From Candidatus Methanophagaceae archaeon (GTDB lineage Archaea; Halobacteriota; Syntropharchaeia; Alkanophagales; Methanospirareceae): a stretch of DNA of 32,000 nt. Shown here piece by piece: positions 1 to 7,849 of the stretch (positions within the stretch are counted from its first letter, which is position 1; every line of letters starts with the position of its first letter). The stretch is taken from positions 880,444-912,443 of the forward strand of contig PQXB01000001.1 of the NCBI GenBank assembly GCA_003194425.1, given 5' to 3'. Made by a program: the position numbers and the translations under genes. Below the pieces are notes generated by a model. That model was not told the DNA's origin and made no database searches. It saw only the letters and a list, made by a program, of their open reading frames with translations.

Positions 1-1770
1 GTTAGAACACATCAAGTACTCCAAATACGGATTCCTTGCGATTCTGCTCCTTATTTCCTGGCTTATTTCCTCCTCCCACCCCCTAATGTCCTCCTCTTCA
101 CCCAGAAGTCGCACAAGAACCTCCCTCCTTCTTCCCCCCCGCCCGTCCCTGCTTCTCGACTCGTGCAGAAAGACCACCACCGCACTCGGTCGCCTCCCGA
201 GTTCAGGGTACTGCTCAAACAACCGCATATATTCCTCCGCACTCGGCGGCCCCATATCTATTTTTATCTTCGGCGCCCGATTTATCGTTATCTTGTTCCA
301 ACTCAACGCCGCGTCCTCGAACCCCGGCACCGCCGCCAGCCGCACCCGCAATTCCGCTCTCGAACCCTTCGGCGGAGACAACAAAGCCTCCCCTAACTCC
401 TCTTCAGTCAGTAGCCGCACCACGCCCACTCGGTCCGCTACTTGCTCGTACAAGTCGTGTTCGCCGAGATTGGTAAACTCGAACGAAGCCGCTATTTCCT
501 TCTCCGCCTGCTCGTCCATTTTATAAAGGCTTCGGTAGTCGAACCGCCCCTTTGGTCTCTCTTCGTACTCAAAATCCGCGAGTTCATTTTTTAACACCCA
601 CCACTTCAGCACCCACTCCAAACGCCGCACCACAAACGGGTCCTCAAGCAGCCCCTGACCAAACTTGTCGCAAAGCCTCTTAAAAGTGTCCAGCACATAT
701 TTGTCCCAGTAGGAAGTCTCCCTCTCTGCGAACAACTCCTCAATCGCCGCGAGGTAGTGAGAATTGAGGTAGTCGATCGCTGACTCGGTCCGCCTGTTCA
801 TCAATTTTATCCGCCACCCGCCTTCCCCGTTCGTGTTCGCCGAGATCTCCTTGAAAGTCTGAAGAGGGTTCCAAATCTCCTCGATGTGTGTAATTTTTCC
901 GCACTCGATCGCGTCAATTACGTACGAAGTGAGTGCGTTGTTGAGCAGTCGTGTTACTTCAGACCGAACACCCTCACCAGAAGTAACATGCACACGATAA
1001 AAATCCTTCGTACTCAAGGGCTCGTCCCGCGTCGACAAAATCGGCCACTGCGACGGCGACTCTGTGAGAACGCGCTTCGAAACCATCGCTTTCGGCGAAA
1101 TTACATATTTTAAACCTCCTCTCACTCCTCTTTCTCCTCTCCCTGCCCCCCTCTCTCCACCTGCCTTCTCCGCCACGAACCCGCCAGCGCCAAAGAAAAT
1201 CTTACGAAGCACCAAGAACGGCACGAGCAGACCCTCTTTGCCCACGAATTTCTTCCGCTTCACAATGTAGGACTCGTGCGTGCCTCTACTGTACCGCTTG
1301 TCAATCTCGACATTCGCCTTCCAGCACTGAATGCTTACGTGTGTTGCGTGTGCGGAGCCTCCTCGTCCCCCTTTCCCTCGTCCCTGTCCCTGCTTCCCCA
1401 GCCTCTTTCTGAGCCTCTCGTTCGCTTCCTCAACGCCGATTTGCATAAACAACTCCGCCGCCTTGTCGTACTTCAGCACCTCAAACGCGTCCCTGCACTC
1501 CGGCGTCGCGATTTCAAGGTGACCTCCAGTGCAGATGTAAATCCGCGAGCCGTTCCGCAAGAACCCATCGTTCCGCCGCCGCAGCTTCGAGCAGACCGCT
1601 GCCGTGCCGTCAAAAAAAGAGTAATTCTCAAGCGCACGAATCACTTCGTCCACGTGGTAAAATCTGGCGTACCTGTACAACCCCGGCGATTCCGAACTTA
1701 TTCCGACCCTGAATTCGTGCTCCAACCCCTGCCACCTGCTCAAATCCCCTTCCATCTTTTTTCCTCCCAT
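1..1770 (-). CDS. Pup-ligase/deamidase family protein (PafA/Dop-like carboxylate-amine ligase); the 3' end runs off the left edge of the window
   Basis: The gene is absent from the ORF track because no stop codon lies inside the window. I translated the reverse strand by hand from ATG 1770, and the frame stays open to position 1 (590 codons). An alternative ATG at 1755 has GGAGG about 8 nt upstream and is probably the true start. The family motifs occur in order: GLEHEFRV, FLRNGSRIYICTGGHLEIATPEC, SRGTHESYIV, LLVPFLVLRKIFFGAGG, WPILSTRDEP, YRVHVTSGEGVRSE, WNPLQTFKEIS, RLEWVLKWW. These match my recollection of M. tuberculosis PafA ([91 protein letters not shown]). G/R-rich inserts are GKQGQGRGKGGRGG and EKAGGERGAGRGERGVRGG. 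Confidence 0.85.
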   Translation of the reverse strand, partial: MGGKKMEGDLSRWQGLEHEFRVGISSESPGLYRYARFYHVDEVIRALENYSFFDGTAAVCSKLRRRNDGFLRNGSRIYICTGGHLEIATPECRDAFEVLKYDKAAELFMQIGVEEANERLRKRLGKQGQGRGKGGRGGSAHATHVSIQCWKANVEIDKRYSRGTHESYIVKRKKFVGKEGLLVPFLVLRKIFFGAGGFVAEKAGGERGAGRGERGVRGGLKYVISPKAMVSKRVLTESPSQWPILSTRDEPLSTKDFYRVHVTSGEGVRSEVTRLLNNALTSYVIDAIECGKITHIEEIWNPLQTFKEISANTNGEGGWRIKLMNRRTESAIDYLNSHYLAAIEELFAERETSYWDKYVLDTFKRLCDKFGQGLLEDPFVVRRLEWVLKWWVLKNELADFEYEERPKGRFDYRSLYKMDEQAEKEIAASFEFTNLGEHDLYEQVADRVGVVRLLTEEELGEALLSPPKGSRAELRVRLAAVPGFEDAALSWNKITINRAPKIKIDMGPPSAEEYMRLFEQYPELGRRPSAVVVFLHESRSRDGRGGRRREVLVRLLGEEEDIRGWEEEISQEIRSRIARNPYLEYLMCSN

Positions 1771-1836
1771 TTTTCTTTTACTAAAGCTTTTCCTCCTAAG
1801 AAAAAGTGTTAAGAAAAAAAACTTTAAGAAAAGCTT

Positions 1837-3612
1837 TTAATAATGCATTCCCGTCTCCTCGTCAGGCATCTCGCCGTAGCCCGACGCCAAAATCTCCTCC
1901 GCCCTTCGCTGCACGAACTTGTCAAAACCCTCTTTCAAATGCCGCATATTCACGCCAATCTCCTCCACGCGTTTGTACCGCCGCTCCAAATCCGCAGTCT
2001 TCCTTTCAGCGTCCAATATCGCCGCAATTCCTTCCTTGTCCCACATTTTTCTAATCTCCTCTTTCTTCTCGTCGTTGCTGATCGTCCCGCGTTTTAGCAT
2101 CAGCAGTGTCCGCTCCTCCAACGCCTTGTCGCGTGCGTAGTTGAATATTTGTGCAATGAACCGTCCGGTAATTGTGTCTGCCCGCTTTATCCTTCCTATT
2201 TCGGTCTCGACATAATTTTCACTGCACATATAGTCAACAATCTCGCTCACCAAACGCGCCCTCGCCTCTTCTTCTCCAGCTCCTTCTGTTCTTCCCTTTC
2301 CTTCTTCTCCTGCACCCTCGCCTCCTCTTCCTTCTTCTCCTCCTCCTGCTTCCTTTATCAAGAGGTGGTCAATCGGAATCTTTCTGGCGTAGAGCGAGGC
2401 GATAGAACGCACCGCTTCCTTGTCAGGCTTCGGAACCTCGATTATTTTGTCAAACCTCGCCCTGAACGCGGAATCGATGAGGTGCAGCCTGTTCGTCGCT
2501 CCGATCACCGTGAGGTGCGGGTGCAAGGCGTGAAAGCCCTCTAACAAGTCCAGCAACTGCCCCGTTACCCGTTCAGGCGCCCCTGAAGAGCCTGAGTACA
2601 TTCCTCGCTCCTGTGCAAGTGCGTCAATTTCATCGAAGAAAATCACGCCGTAGTCGTTCTCACCCTCCACCAATTTCGCGTTCGCCGACTCGAAAATCAT
2701 CCGCACATTCTTCTCCGACTCGCCGAGCCACATACTGAAAAGCTCGCCTGCCCCCACCTTCACGAATTCGCAGTTTGGCAGCGCCGACGCCAGCGCCTTC
2801 GCACACATCGTTTTCCCGCAGCCTGGCAGCCCGTACATCAAAATCCGCCGCGAGCACTCCCCGTATTTCGCGTAGTCCTCGGGGTTCAGCATCGGTAGAA
2901 TAACGCTCTTCACCAACTCCTGCTTCACCTCTTTCAACCCGCCAATCTCGTTAAAACTCACACCCGGACTCTTCGTGACCTCGTAGTGTGAGATCTCGGT
3001 CTGCTTGAAACTCCTTTTTATGTCAAACGTGCCAGGCAGAAGTCCTACCTTCGTCCCTACTTTCAGTCCCTCCTGCTGCTCTTCGGTCAGCCTTTTGAAA
3101 ATCCTGCCTCGTCCCCTGCCTGTTGAGATTTCCGCTACCCAACCGCCGCTACCTCCGCCGCTACCTCCGCCGCCGCGTCCGCGGCCACTGCCGCCACCAC
3201 TGCTGTCGTCGCCGTCCTCGTCCTTCCGCAGTTCCTCTACCTCTCCGACCTCCAAATCCACAAACCTGTCGTACACCTTCGTGATGCCCACACTGAACCC
3301 GTTTGGGCTGTTACGGTCTGGAATTCGCCCGATGAAAACATATTTCCCCTCCTCCAACTCCGCAACCTCCCTCGCAGTAAGCGTGCCGTAAGGTAAAGCC
3401 TTTAAAGCACCGTTCAAATTCACAATCGCACCCTCTTCTGTCTTTTCAACCACGAACCCGCAGTCCAGAGGAGGCGACCTCGCTTTCGAGACAAGCCGCT
3501 CCAAATCCGCCTTGTACGCCTCTGTCTCCTCGTACTTCCGCATCAGCCGCCTGTAGTCGCTCTCCAACTGCTCGTACTCGTATCTTGGAATATATTCCTC
3601 CCTCTCTTCCAT
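1837..3612 (-). CDS. AAA+ ATPase, proteasome-associated type (Mpa/ARC-like or PAN-like unfoldase)
   Basis: This is a 591-aa ORF. It has an N-terminal coiled coil (EYEQLESDYRRLMRKYEETEAYKADLERLV) followed by a PP-containing linker and OB-like segments. Walker A is GLPGCGKT (nt 2809-2832) and Walker B is VIFFDEID (nt 2623-2646); the ATNR sensor region is present. A long C-terminal helical extension contains the insert YVETEIGRIKRADTITGRFIAQIFNYARDKA, which resembles the Mpa/ARC-specific insert. Low-complexity inserts are DGDDSSGGGSGRGRGGGGSGGGSGG (3142-3222) and GGGEEGRGGEGAGEEGKGRTEGAGEEE (2263-2352). The AAA+ call is secure; the subfamily call is moderate. Confidence 0.85.
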   Translation of the reverse strand: MEEREEYIPRYEYEQLESDYRRLMRKYEETEAYKADLERLVSKARSPPLDCGFVVEKTEEGAIVNLNGALKALPYGTLTAREVAELEEGKYVFIGRIPDRNSPNGFSVGITKVYDRFVDLEVGEVEELRKDEDGDDSSGGGSGRGRGGGGSGGGSGGWVAEISTGRGRGRIFKRLTEEQQEGLKVGTKVGLLPGTFDIKRSFKQTEISHYEVTKSPGVSFNEIGGLKEVKQELVKSVILPMLNPEDYAKYGECSRRILMYGLPGCGKTMCAKALASALPNCEFVKVGAGELFSMWLGESEKNVRMIFESANAKLVEGENDYGVIFFDEIDALAQERGMYSGSSGAPERVTGQLLDLLEGFHALHPHLTVIGATNRLHLIDSAFRARFDKIIEVPKPDKEAVRSIASLYARKIPIDHLLIKEAGGGEEGRGGEGAGEEGKGRTEGAGEEEARARLVSEIVDYMCSENYVETEIGRIKRADTITGRFIAQIFNYARDKALEERTLLMLKRGTISNDEKKEEIRKMWDKEGIAAILDAERKTADLERRYKRVEEIGVNMRHLKEGFDKFVQRRAEEILASGYGEMPDEETGMHY

Positions 3613-3650
3613 TTTTTCTTTTTTCCCTCTTTTTTCCTTCTTCTTTCCCT

Positions 3651-3745
3651 CTACTCTCCCTCTACTCTCCTCTACTCTCCCTCTACTCTCCTCTACTCTC
3701 CCTCTACTCTCCTCTACTCTCCCTCTACTCTCCTCTACTCTCCCT
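3651..3745. repeat. Tandem repeat, 21-bp unit (ctactctccct + ctactctcct) in about 4.5 copies, in the divergent intergenic region
   Basis: Direct reading shows 'ctactc' recurring at alternating 11/10-bp spacing nine times. The + frame translation has a 7-aa period (PLLSLYS). The tract is polypyrimidine on the + strand, so it is polypurine on the leader side of the AAA gene. Confidence 0.9.
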
Positions 3746-3774
3746 CTTCTTCTCTCTCCTCTCTAAAAAAGAGT

Positions 3775-3839
3775 TAAGTTTATAAAAATCTAATTATCTC
3801 AAGATTTTATAATATATAGAAAGAATAGGAGTAAGTAGG
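3775..3839 (+). promoter_or_regulatory. Putative archaeal promoter and SD for the phoU-like gene
   Basis: This is an AT-rich block with TATA-like boxes 'gtttataaaaatc' (about 3777-3789) and 'ttttataatatata' (about 3804-3817). 'aggagtaagtagg' lies directly before ATG 3840. Confidence 0.45.
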
Positions 3840-4907
3840 ATGAAAGAAGAGACGAGAAAAGTACAACTAACCGGCGGTTCTACGCTCACCGTTTCGCTTC
3901 CGATAAAATGGGCGAGAGAAGCAGGGATAAAACAGGGCGACGAAATCTCCTTGATTCAACGCAGCGACAAGTCTTTGGTCTTAACGCCTACTAAAAAGGA
4001 GGGCTGGAAATTTAAATCCGCAGAACTTGAACTCTCGACGGCAGAGTGTTTTGAGGACAATTTCAGGTACCTCATTGCCTACTACCTCGTGGGCTACGAC
4101 CTCGTGAGGCTCTTGACACCCAGCGGTTTCAAGGCGGAAGAGCGGAAGCGGATAAAAGAGGAGGTGCGGAAACGGCTGATTGGAATGGAGGTCGTTGGCG
4201 AGTCGTCAAGGGAAATCGTGCTCCAAAGTTTCTTGAAGTACGAGGATTTTACGCTGCGCGACGCGATTCGGAGTATGTCAGAAATAATTCTCTCAATGCA
4301 GGGCGACGCGATTTCGACGCTTGAAAACCGCGACCTGAAACTTGCGGAGGATGTTGCTGAGCGGGACAACGAGGTTGACAGGTTTTACCTGCTGATTGTG
4401 AGGCAGCTCAAGGCTGCGATGAGCGACCCCGAACTTGCGAAGAAGATTGGCGTGGGCAGGCAGCGAGACAGCCTGGGTTACAGGATTGTAGTGAAAAGTA
4501 TGGAACGAATCGGCGACCACGTGGAGAACATTGCGAGGAATTCATTGTTTCCCTCCTCCCTGTCTGTGTCTTCTTTGAAGGTTTTGGAAGGCGTAAAAGA
4601 GGCGGGCTCGCGTGCTGAACGCCTCTTTGCCAAGACGCTGTCGTCGTTGTCAGAAATAGATCTGTCGCAGAGAGAGGCGATGAAAACGGCGAACGAGACG
4701 ATAAGGGACGCGAATGCGTTGGTAGCGGAGTTAGAGCGGTTAAACGAGCGGGTTCTGGCAGAGACAGAAGAAGAGCTGAGCGTTACCGATAAAATACAGG
4801 TCCTCTCGATTTTGGACAGTCTGGGCAGAATCGCGAAGTACTGCACCGACATTGCAGAGGTGACGATAAATATGAGCACGAAAATAGCGGGGGAATGGGC
4901 GTTCTGA
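3840..4907 (+). CDS. Phosphate uptake regulator, PhoU family with an N-terminal AbrB/SpoVT-type domain
   Basis: The 355-aa product starts with VQLTGGSTLTVSLPIKWAREAGIKQGDEISLIQRSDKSLVLTP, a swapped-hairpin AbrB-like domain. Two PhoU-type helical repeats follow (RDNEVDRFYLLIVRQL ... ERIGDHVENIA ... GRIAKYCTDIAE). Confidence 0.85.
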   Translation: MKEETRKVQLTGGSTLTVSLPIKWAREAGIKQGDEISLIQRSDKSLVLTPTKKEGWKFKSAELELSTAECFEDNFRYLIAYYLVGYDLVRLLTPSGFKAEERKRIKEEVRKRLIGMEVVGESSREIVLQSFLKYEDFTLRDAIRSMSEIILSMQGDAISTLENRDLKLAEDVAERDNEVDRFYLLIVRQLKAAMSDPELAKKIGVGRQRDSLGYRIVVKSMERIGDHVENIARNSLFPSSLSVSSLKVLEGVKEAGSRAERLFAKTLSSLSEIDLSQREAMKTANETIRDANALVAELERLNERVLAETEEELSVTDKIQVLSILDSLGRIAKYCTDIAEVTINMSTKIAGEWAF

Positions 4908-4934
4908 ATTTCCTGTGTTTTAGGAGGTGTCAAG

Positions 4935-6449
4935 ATGTTAGAAAAGTTAGGCAGTTCGCTGAAGGAGACTTTTCGGAAAATAGCGAAGGCGAAGCGGATT
5001 GACAAGCAGACAGTGGACGAGCTCGTGCGGGACATTCAGCGGGCACTGATTCAGGCGGATGTCAAGATTTCGCTGGTCAAGGAACTCTCAGCTCACATCC
5101 GCGAGCGGGCGTTGAAGGAGAAGTTGGTGCTGAACCCGCGAGAGCACGTGATTAAGGTTGTCTACGAGGAGTTGGTTCGGATAATTGGGCGGGGAGTGAC
5201 GGTTCCGTTGGCGTCGCAGAAGATAATGCTGGTGGGCTTGAACGGGGCTGGAAAGACCTCCACCTGCGCCAAGCTTGCGCGGTATTTTCAGAAGAAGGGC
5301 TTGAAGCCTGCGGTTGTTTGCGCGGATATTTACAGACCCGCAGCGTCTGACCAGCTGCGGCAGTTGTGCGAGAAAATCGGCGTTCCGTTTTACGACGGCA
5401 GCGGTGCAGGCAGTGCAGGTAGTGCGGGCAGTGCAGGTAGTGCGGGCAGTGCAGGTAGTGCGGGCAGTGCAGGTAGTGCGGGCAGTGTGGGCAGTGCGGG
5501 TCTTCTTGATGCGAAAGATGTGCTGGGCATAGTGAAGGAGGGGGTGAAAGAGTTTAGGAAGTACGATGTCAGGATAATTGACACCGCGGGGAGGCACGCA
5601 CTTGAGGAGGAGATGATAAATGAAATACGCGAAATTGAAGAGGCGGTAAAGCCGGAGCAGCGGTTTCTTGTTCTTGACGCGAGCATTGGACAGCAGGCGG
5701 CGGTGCAGGCGAGGGCGTTTGACGACGCGGTTGGAATCAGCGGCATAATTATTACCAAAATGGACGGGACTGCGAAGGGCGGCGGGGCTCTCTCCGCGGT
5801 CTCGGAGACGAACTCAGGGGTTGCGTTTATCGGGACAGGTGAGAAAGTGGACGATTTGGAGCGGTTCGAGTCCGACAGGTTTCTCTCTCGCCTGCTCGGA
5901 ATGGGGGACCTAAAGGGCTTGATTGAGACGGCGGAGGAGAGTCTGAAAGAGGAGGATCTGGACGCTGAGGAGTTCTTGAGAGGCAGGTTCACGCTGAAGG
6001 ATTTGTACAAGCAGTTGGAGGCGGTGAGAAAAATGGGGCCGATGAAGAAGTTGCTGCAGATGCTTCCTTTGGGCAGTTTAGCGGGTTTGGGCAGTTTAGC
6101 GGGTTTGGGCGGTTCAGGCAGAGGCGGGCAGGAGTTGAAGTTGGACGATGCAATGTATCAGGTCACCGAGGAGAAGCTGAAGAAGTTCAAGGTGATGATG
6201 GATTCGATGACCGAGCAGGAGTTGAGCGAGCCGAAAATAATCGACGGCTCGCGGTTGCGGCGGATTGCGAGGGGCTCGGGGACGACGACTGCGGAGGTGA
6301 ACGAGCTGATAAAATATCACAAGATGATGCAAAAAATGATAAAGAGTTTGAGCAGTGGAGGGTTGAGAGGAATTGGAATGGGCAAGATACAGGGGATGAT
6401 GAAAGGAATGGCACCGCTGGGCAAGATGATGAAAAAGCGAGGAATGTAA
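4935..6449 (+). CDS. srp54: Signal recognition particle protein SRP54
   Basis: The 504-aa product has an N domain and a G domain with GLNGAGKTST (G1), IIDTAGRH (G3) and ITKMDGTAKGG (G4). It ends in a Met-rich M domain (MGPMKKLLQMLP ... MMQKMIK ... MMKGMAPLGKMMKK). AGGAGG lies 8 nt upstream of the ATG. It contains (GSA)n and GSLAGL repeat inserts. Confidence 0.95.
   Translation: MLEKLGSSLKETFRKIAKAKRIDKQTVDELVRDIQRALIQADVKISLVKELSAHIRERALKEKLVLNPREHVIKVVYEELVRIIGRGVTVPLASQKIMLVGLNGAGKTSTCAKLARYFQKKGLKPAVVCADIYRPAASDQLRQLCEKIGVPFYDGSGAGSAGSAGSAGSAGSAGSAGSAGSAGSVGSAGLLDAKDVLGIVKEGVKEFRKYDVRIIDTAGRHALEEEMINEIREIEEAVKPEQRFLVLDASIGQQAAVQARAFDDAVGISGIIITKMDGTAKGGGALSAVSETNSGVAFIGTGEKVDDLERFESDRFLSRLLGMGDLKGLIETAEESLKEEDLDAEEFLRGRFTLKDLYKQLEAVRKMGPMKKLLQMLPLGSLAGLGSLAGLGGSGRGGQELKLDDAMYQVTEEKLKKFKVMMDSMTEQELSEPKIIDGSRLRRIARGSGTTTAEVNELIKYHKMMQKMIKSLSSGGLRGIGMGKIQGMMKGMAPLGKMMKKRGM
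5412..5501 (+). repeat. In-frame tandem repeat inside srp54: 18-bp unit agtgcaggtagtgcgggc, 4 perfect copies plus 1 degenerate copy
   Basis: Direct reading. It encodes GSAGSAGSAGSAGSAGSAGSAGSVGSAG between the 'GVPFYDG' strand and the helix preceding DTAGR. A second 18-bp x2 repeat (ggcagtttagcgggtttg) lies at about 6072-6110 in the M domain. Confidence 0.95.
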
Positions 6450-6526
6450 AAGATGGGCAGGAGATTTGATACGAAGAGGGCAGCCAGGGAGAAGGGAAAC
6501 GGTGAAGAAGAGGCTGCGGGGTCGAA

Positions 6527-7849
6527 ATGAAAGCGTTGGTCTTCGAGCCGTTTTCGGGTGCTTCTGGGGATATGGTAATCGGCAGCCTGCTGGATTTGGG
6601 GGCGGACGAGTCGAAAGTAAGAGACGCTGTCTCTGGTCTTGGTTTTGACCTCGAGCTGGAGGTGAAAGAAGTGAAGAGGCGCGGGGTAGTGGCTAAAAAG
6701 GTGGAGTTCGTGAGTGAAGGCGAGAGCAGTGCTGAAAGGAAAAGAAACAGAAGCGAGAGGTCTTACAAGGAAATTGCGAACGCGATAAAAGACAGCGGAC
6801 TGACAAAAGAGGTAAAAGAGAACTCGTTGGGTGTTTTTGAAAAAATCGCGACTGCCGAGGCGAGGGTGCACGGCGAGCCGAAGGAGAGCCTGACCTTTCA
6901 CGAACTCGGGGCTCTCGACACGCTCGGCGACCTCGTAGGGAGCAGCACGGCGTTCCTTGACCTTCGCCCCGAGACCGTCGTGAGCACGCCAATTTCAGTG
7001 GGCAGTGGCTTCGTGGAGACCGAGCACGGGCTTCTTCCCGTCCCCGCACCCGCAGCACTCGAAATCTTGAAAGACACTTCTTTGTTGTTTCAGGGTGGTG
7101 GTTCTGCAGGAGAACTGCTCACGCCGACGGGTGCGGCGATTTTCGCACATTTTGTTCAGCGTTCTCAACCGTTCTTGCCGCGAATGCGCGTCGAGAGGAC
7201 GGGCTACGGAGCAGGGTCAAAGGACTTGCCGAGAACCCCGAATGTCTTGAGAGCGATTTTTGGTGAAATTGAAGTTGAGGAGCCTGCACCGCCGCTGCTG
7301 TTAAGGGACGAGGTGGCGGTTCTGGAGACCAACCTCGACAATGTTACTGGCGAAGTGCTGGGCAATTTGGTGGAGGTTTTAATGGCAGAGGGCGATGCAG
7401 AAGCGGGAGGAGTAAAAGATGTGGCGGTCGTGCCTGCACAAATGAAGAAAGGCAGAAGCGGACAGATCGTAAAAGTAATCGTCGCACCGCAAGACGCCCC
7501 CAGAATTGCTCACCGAATAATGCAAGAGACCGGCTCGTTGGGCGTTCGTGTTATGCAAGTAAAGCAGCGGTTCGTTGCCGAGAGGGAACAACGGAAGGTG
7601 AAGGTGAAAATCGGAGGCACGGAGAAGGAGCAGGAGAAGGAGAAGGAGCAGGAGCAGGCGAAGGAGAAGGAGCAGGAGAAAGAGGTAGAAGTAGAAGTAG
7701 GGGTAAAAATCGGGAGGGACGCGAGGGGAAATTTGCTGAGCGTGGCTGCGGAGTTTGAGGATGCGAAGCGGGTCGCGAGGGAGCGGAAAGTTCCGCTAAA
7801 GGAAGTGCAGAGGCTTGCGGAAGAGACCGCGAGGAAAAGTTTAGTTTGA
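6527..7849 (+). CDS. larC: LarC-family nickel insertion protein (DUF111; nickel-pincer cofactor biosynthesis)
   Basis: The 440-aa product has the N-terminal signature FEPFSGASGDMVIGSLLDLGAD and later HELGALDTLGDLVG, LLPVPAPA, LTPTGAAI and RTGYGAG, all typical of DUF111/LarC. An EKEQ/EVEV low-complexity insert is encoded at about 7619-7700. Confidence 0.85.
   Translation: MKALVFEPFSGASGDMVIGSLLDLGADESKVRDAVSGLGFDLELEVKEVKRRGVVAKKVEFVSEGESSAERKRNRSERSYKEIANAIKDSGLTKEVKENSLGVFEKIATAEARVHGEPKESLTFHELGALDTLGDLVGSSTAFLDLRPETVVSTPISVGSGFVETEHGLLPVPAPAALEILKDTSLLFQGGGSAGELLTPTGAAIFAHFVQRSQPFLPRMRVERTGYGAGSKDLPRTPNVLRAIFGEIEVEEPAPPLLLRDEVAVLETNLDNVTGEVLGNLVEVLMAEGDAEAGGVKDVAVVPAQMKKGRSGQIVKVIVAPQDAPRIAHRIMQETGSLGVRVMQVKQRFVAEREQRKVKVKIGGTEKEQEKEKEQEQAKEKEQEKEVEVEVGVKIGRDARGNLLSVAAEFEDAKRVARERKVPLKEVQRLAEETARKSLV

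Noticed and set aside
86-1812. Plus-strand ORFs 86..526, 163..396, 886..1113, 1064..1270, 1276..1812 and 1331..1522 from the ORF track
   Set aside because: Their products are S/P/R/L/T-rich with no recognisable motifs. They lie antisense to a continuous 590-codon minus-strand frame carrying clear PafA/Dop motifs, so they are shadow ORFs.
3651-3745. Possible CRISPR array (this and the other tandem arrays at 5412, 20071 and 25851)
   Set aside because: The units are 12-23 bp and directly abutting, with no unique spacers. No cas genes or leader are present. These are mini- or microsatellites, not CRISPR.
3585-3785. 66-aa ORF with a PLLSLYS x5 repeat
   Set aside because: It is simply the translation of the 21-bp intergenic tandem repeat. 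It overlaps the AAA ATPase start on the opposite strand and has no SD or promoter logic.
6527-7849. Functional link between larC and the GlcD/HdrD-like lactate-dehydrogenase-like pair (a lactate racemase system)
   Set aside because: The two are about 7 kb apart on opposite strands, with unrelated genes between them. No larA, larB or larE lies in the window. The association is too speculative to report as a finding.
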